Assembly (NCBI GenBank): GCA_036172245.1
Contig: JAYWIR010000003.1
Coordinates: forward strand, 7,192,001 to 7,256,000
DNA: 64,000 nt
Origin: Raillietiella orientalis
Taxonomy: Eukaryota
Direction: 5' to 3'
Part shown: piece after piece, positions 60,850 through 64,000 of the stretch
Position numbering within the stretch: position 1 is the stretch's first letter
Layout: every line of letters begins with the position of its first letter
Made by a program: the position numbers and the translations under genes
Notes under the pieces: generated by a model
Told to the model about the DNA's origin: nothing
The model's input: the letters and a program-made list of their open reading frames with translations, nothing else
Database searches by the model: none

Positions 60850-61250
60850 TGGGGGGGGGGGGGGTTCGTCACTGGGTCGCGGCTCTTCCGAAGGGGCAGG
60901 ACGCCTTCGATGCGCAGCGGCTGAGCGCTTTTCTCCCCGGGTCGCCTGTGAGCCCCGGGAAGTACTCGCGGCCGAATGTCCTTAAGGGGACGCCTCCTGC
61001 ATCCTCCTGCATCCGCGCGCGCTCCCTGGGTAGGGAGCTTGGGAGCGGGGAAGGGGAGGGTGAGCTCCATGGGTTTGGCACCCCAGGGGAAAGGGATGAG
61101 GAAACCGCCTTCCCAGGAGGACTCACGGAGGCAGCTCCTCCGCTACCTGTCAACGCCCTGGGTCTCTGGGGCATGCGCACTTTACAGCAGTCTCAAATGA
61201 CTCGTGTCGGCGATGGTGGACGCGGTCAGAAACCGGACGACCCCAGCGAC
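60850..61250 (-). mobile_element. Possible LINE ORF1 (RRM end / knuckle) remnant
   Basis: RARMQEDAGGVPLRTFGREYFPG...SRCASKASCP is only weakly ORF1-like. Confidence 0.3.
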
Positions 61251-63189
61251 ACCGACCATGGCAGCGGCGGTTGAAGTTTCGCAGAGGAGGCTGGAAAGGG
61301 AGCTGACTGGAGGCTCCTTCCCTTCGGGACGAGGCTCTCCTGGAACCGGAGCTGGCACCTCCCGCTCCTGAGGGCGCCAACCTGAGGATCGAAGCCTCCG
61401 GGAGACGAGGGGCGGGCGGACGGGCTTTCATCTCAGCCTCCAGGCAAGCAGAGACGTCCCCGATCGTCTCAGGAGATGCCGACCAGCCCGCCCTCCAGAG
61501 GAGCGCCTTCCACACCATCCCAATTGTAGGCGGCGCAAGGACGACCGCCTTTGGAGCGCACAGCGGCTCCAGCGCCCCGACGGCAGTCGCCCCGGGAGGC
61601 CGGCGGAGTTCCCTGCTCGACCCTGGAAAAGACCACTCCTGAGTGGGATTCTCGGAAGGGTCCTGCTTGGGCTGGAATAGTTCCTCCCTCCTTCCTCCTC
61701 CTTTCCCTTTCCTTCCCTCTCCCTCCTTTCCTTCTCCTCTTGCTCCCTCCCTTTTCTTTCTCTTGCTTTCCTCCCCCCTCTTTCTTTTCTCGAGATAAGA
61801 GGAAGAAGGGAAGAAAGAGGAGGAGAGGAAGGGAAGGCTCTCTGTCTTTCCTCCCTCTCCTTCACGGGAGCACCAGGCCACTCCCAGTGGGCTAATGATG
61901 GCTCGCACGGTGCAGCCGCCGCTTCCTCTCGAGCTGGATCGAGGACGTCCCGTCGCCACGTGGGTTCTCTGAACGCCCATGGTATCGGCAACTGCAGGCA
62001 TGCACTTCCTATTTGCTGGTGGCTGCCCACTGCCCTGAGGCGCGTCGCCATGGTGCTTCGAAGGAAGCAACCCGGGATCGCGATCGCTGCAGCCGTTGTG
62101 GGTCCTTAAGGCTCTGCTCCGTATGCGGGCGGAAGTGTTGACGCAAGACACTCCCATTCTCAAACGGAGGGTGCCACCGCAGTCCAGCAGCTGGAGCGAG
62201 GGTGATTCCGTCCCCTTTCTCCTCTCTTCCTCTTTCTCTTTCTCAAGGCGCAGCCCCTGTCCGCCGCGGGTGGGCGGCGGGGAAGGATGTTTGGAGTGGG
62301 GAGGAGGAGGAGCAGAACGCTCATGGAAGGACCACTGGGGACCGCGGGTGGGGAGAGTCCACTGCCGTCTCGCCTCGGCAGTTCGCGGAGTGGGACGCCC
62401 TTCCTTTCTTCGCTGAGTCCGCCGCTGCCAGCCGAGGAGGTTTCGACCCCACGGAAGGTGACTCAGAAGAACAGGGGCATTTCGGAGCTCCGACATCCCT
62501 TCACTACCCCTTTCCTGCATAGCGACCCACGGACGTGACCCCCACTCCTTCGTCAGGGTACTCCGGCGGCGCTTCGACACGAAGTCGCAGCGGGATAGGA
62601 GGAGGAACAGAGGGGGGGAGGGCAAGAAGAAAAGGAAGACAGAAAGGGAGGAAGGGTGAGGAAGGGAAGAGAAGCGGAAAGGGAGGAAAGGAAGAGGTGG
62701 AGGAAGGAGAAAGGAGAATGGAATTGCAGCTGCAGCTAAAGGGAAAGATGACTCCATGGCACGTTGCTTGGCGAGCAGCGGACTTCCACTCTGGAAGAAG
62801 GGACCGCACCGATGCTTCTGTGTAGGCGAGGGATAGGGGACGCTCCACTTGGTGTCGGCGCCTTCATTGGGTTGCGTTCGCGTGAGACGTCGCTTGAGAG
62901 AGGGCGCGGCCATCGCTTCCTTTCACCTGCTCCTGATGCAGCCTTCCCGCTCGTGTGTCGCGCTGAGCTGTCCTCTATGACTGCTTCCTCGCAGGCCTCC
63001 CTCTTCGTCTTGTCAGGTCACGGGAACGTATTAATTTTTCTGTTTTTCTCTCGCTCCGAGGAGATGGCAAAAAAAAAAAAAAAAAAGTACGACGAGCGTG
63101 TTCTCCCAACTTCCGCACGAGCACACATTAACTTTCTTCCCTGGGGATCGGCTCTGGCACGCATCCGTTCTTTTCTCTCTCCTTAGTTT

Positions 63190-63640
63190 TTTGGGCACTG
63201 ATGCGTTTTGGAGTGAGAAGCCCCCTCCTGAGGAGATGCCCTAATCAATCCTGGTAGGGTTATAAATACCGGCGTTTCTTGCGTCTTCTTGTAAGCCGAG
63301 CGCTGGAGACCGGATCTCCTGCAAGTGGATCCAGTGTGTCTGCCTTTCGTGCCCGGACGCCGGCGCGTACTCGCCGTAGACCAGATGGAGTCCACGTCTT
63401 GCCTGCGCCAGCCTTCGCTCCTGAGACGCTCCATCACCTCTGGTGCCCCGTGAGCTCGCATGGCTTCCGATCCTTCCGTTTCGGCGAGGACGTGTTCCTC
63501 CGCGCATGCCCATGAGGGGCTGCGCTCCCTCGCGTTCCCATTCCGAAACGCCCACAGCTGGATGCAGGGAAAACCCTCGGCTGGTTCCCGGAAGTTCCGC
63601 TGCATTCGAGTGGGCAACTCTAAGGTTATCTGAAATTGCC
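63190..63640 (-). mobile_element. L1/Tx1-like APE endonuclease N-terminal remnant
   Basis: LRVAHSNA (L---NV-G), VGVSEW (LQET-like), LHLVYGEYAPASGHERQTHWIHL (NVYAP----ER--FW--L). Confidence 0.65.
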
Positions 63641-64000
63641 CCAGGGCTGCCCGCCATCGAGACCGAAAGAAGAGACTTTTTCGGAGCTTTTCGAAACCCT
63701 TTTGGAATCGCTTGCCAACTCGAGAATTTCGAGGCCGCAAGGAGGAACGTTGGGAAGCCACAGGAGGCGAATGGAGACGCCGCTTGCAGGAGCAGATCCA
63801 GTGGGATGGAAACTCGAGTTTGGCCCAGGTGAAACGCCAAGCCTCAGAATCCCGATTCCTCATTTTCTGGAGGATTTGTCCTGCCGACTGGAATCCGCTT
63901 AAGGAACGGACTTTCACGTGCAGGGGAGAACGCGCAAGAACCACCAAGCGAGAACGCGCGAGCCCCATTTCTAAGTGCACCTCTTGGAAAGCGCCAGGAT

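Noticed and set aside
61150..62913. 587-aa minus-strand ORF
   Set aside because: It is largely translation of purine/pyrimidine low-complexity tracts, with no coherent domain.
62985..63070. Terminal hydrophobic (GPI) exon of the Dpr gene
   Set aside because: Acceptor-like AGs exist, but the peptide lacks Dpr C-terminal character and runs into an A tract.

Overview
GC-rich eukaryotic (most likely arthropod) genomic DNA. The only host gene I can support is a + strand Dpr/ZIG-8-family two-Ig-domain cell-surface gene. It has three confident exons (20285-20466, 35798-36008, 42464-42772) with compatible splice phases and a candidate signal-peptide exon at 11162-11237; its terminal exon was not found. 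Most other interpretable DNA is decayed retroelement. There are many L1/Tx1-like LINE fragments, mostly antisense to the gene, and seven of them keep a conserved 3' terminus. There are also three Ty3/Gypsy pol remnants, one RTE/CR1-like RT remnant and six copies of a 550-770 bp tRNA-derived SINE-like family. The most notable observations are: (i) a covarying multi-hairpin RNA structure with an invariant CUGCG loop at the tail-less LINE 3' end; (ii) a SINE with two tandem tRNA-like T-arms and a variable-copy hairpin module array; (iii) reciprocal SINE/LINE nesting; (iv) several foldback palindromes; (v) a possible TE-derived first exon. All TE boundaries are by-eye estimates and no database search was run.
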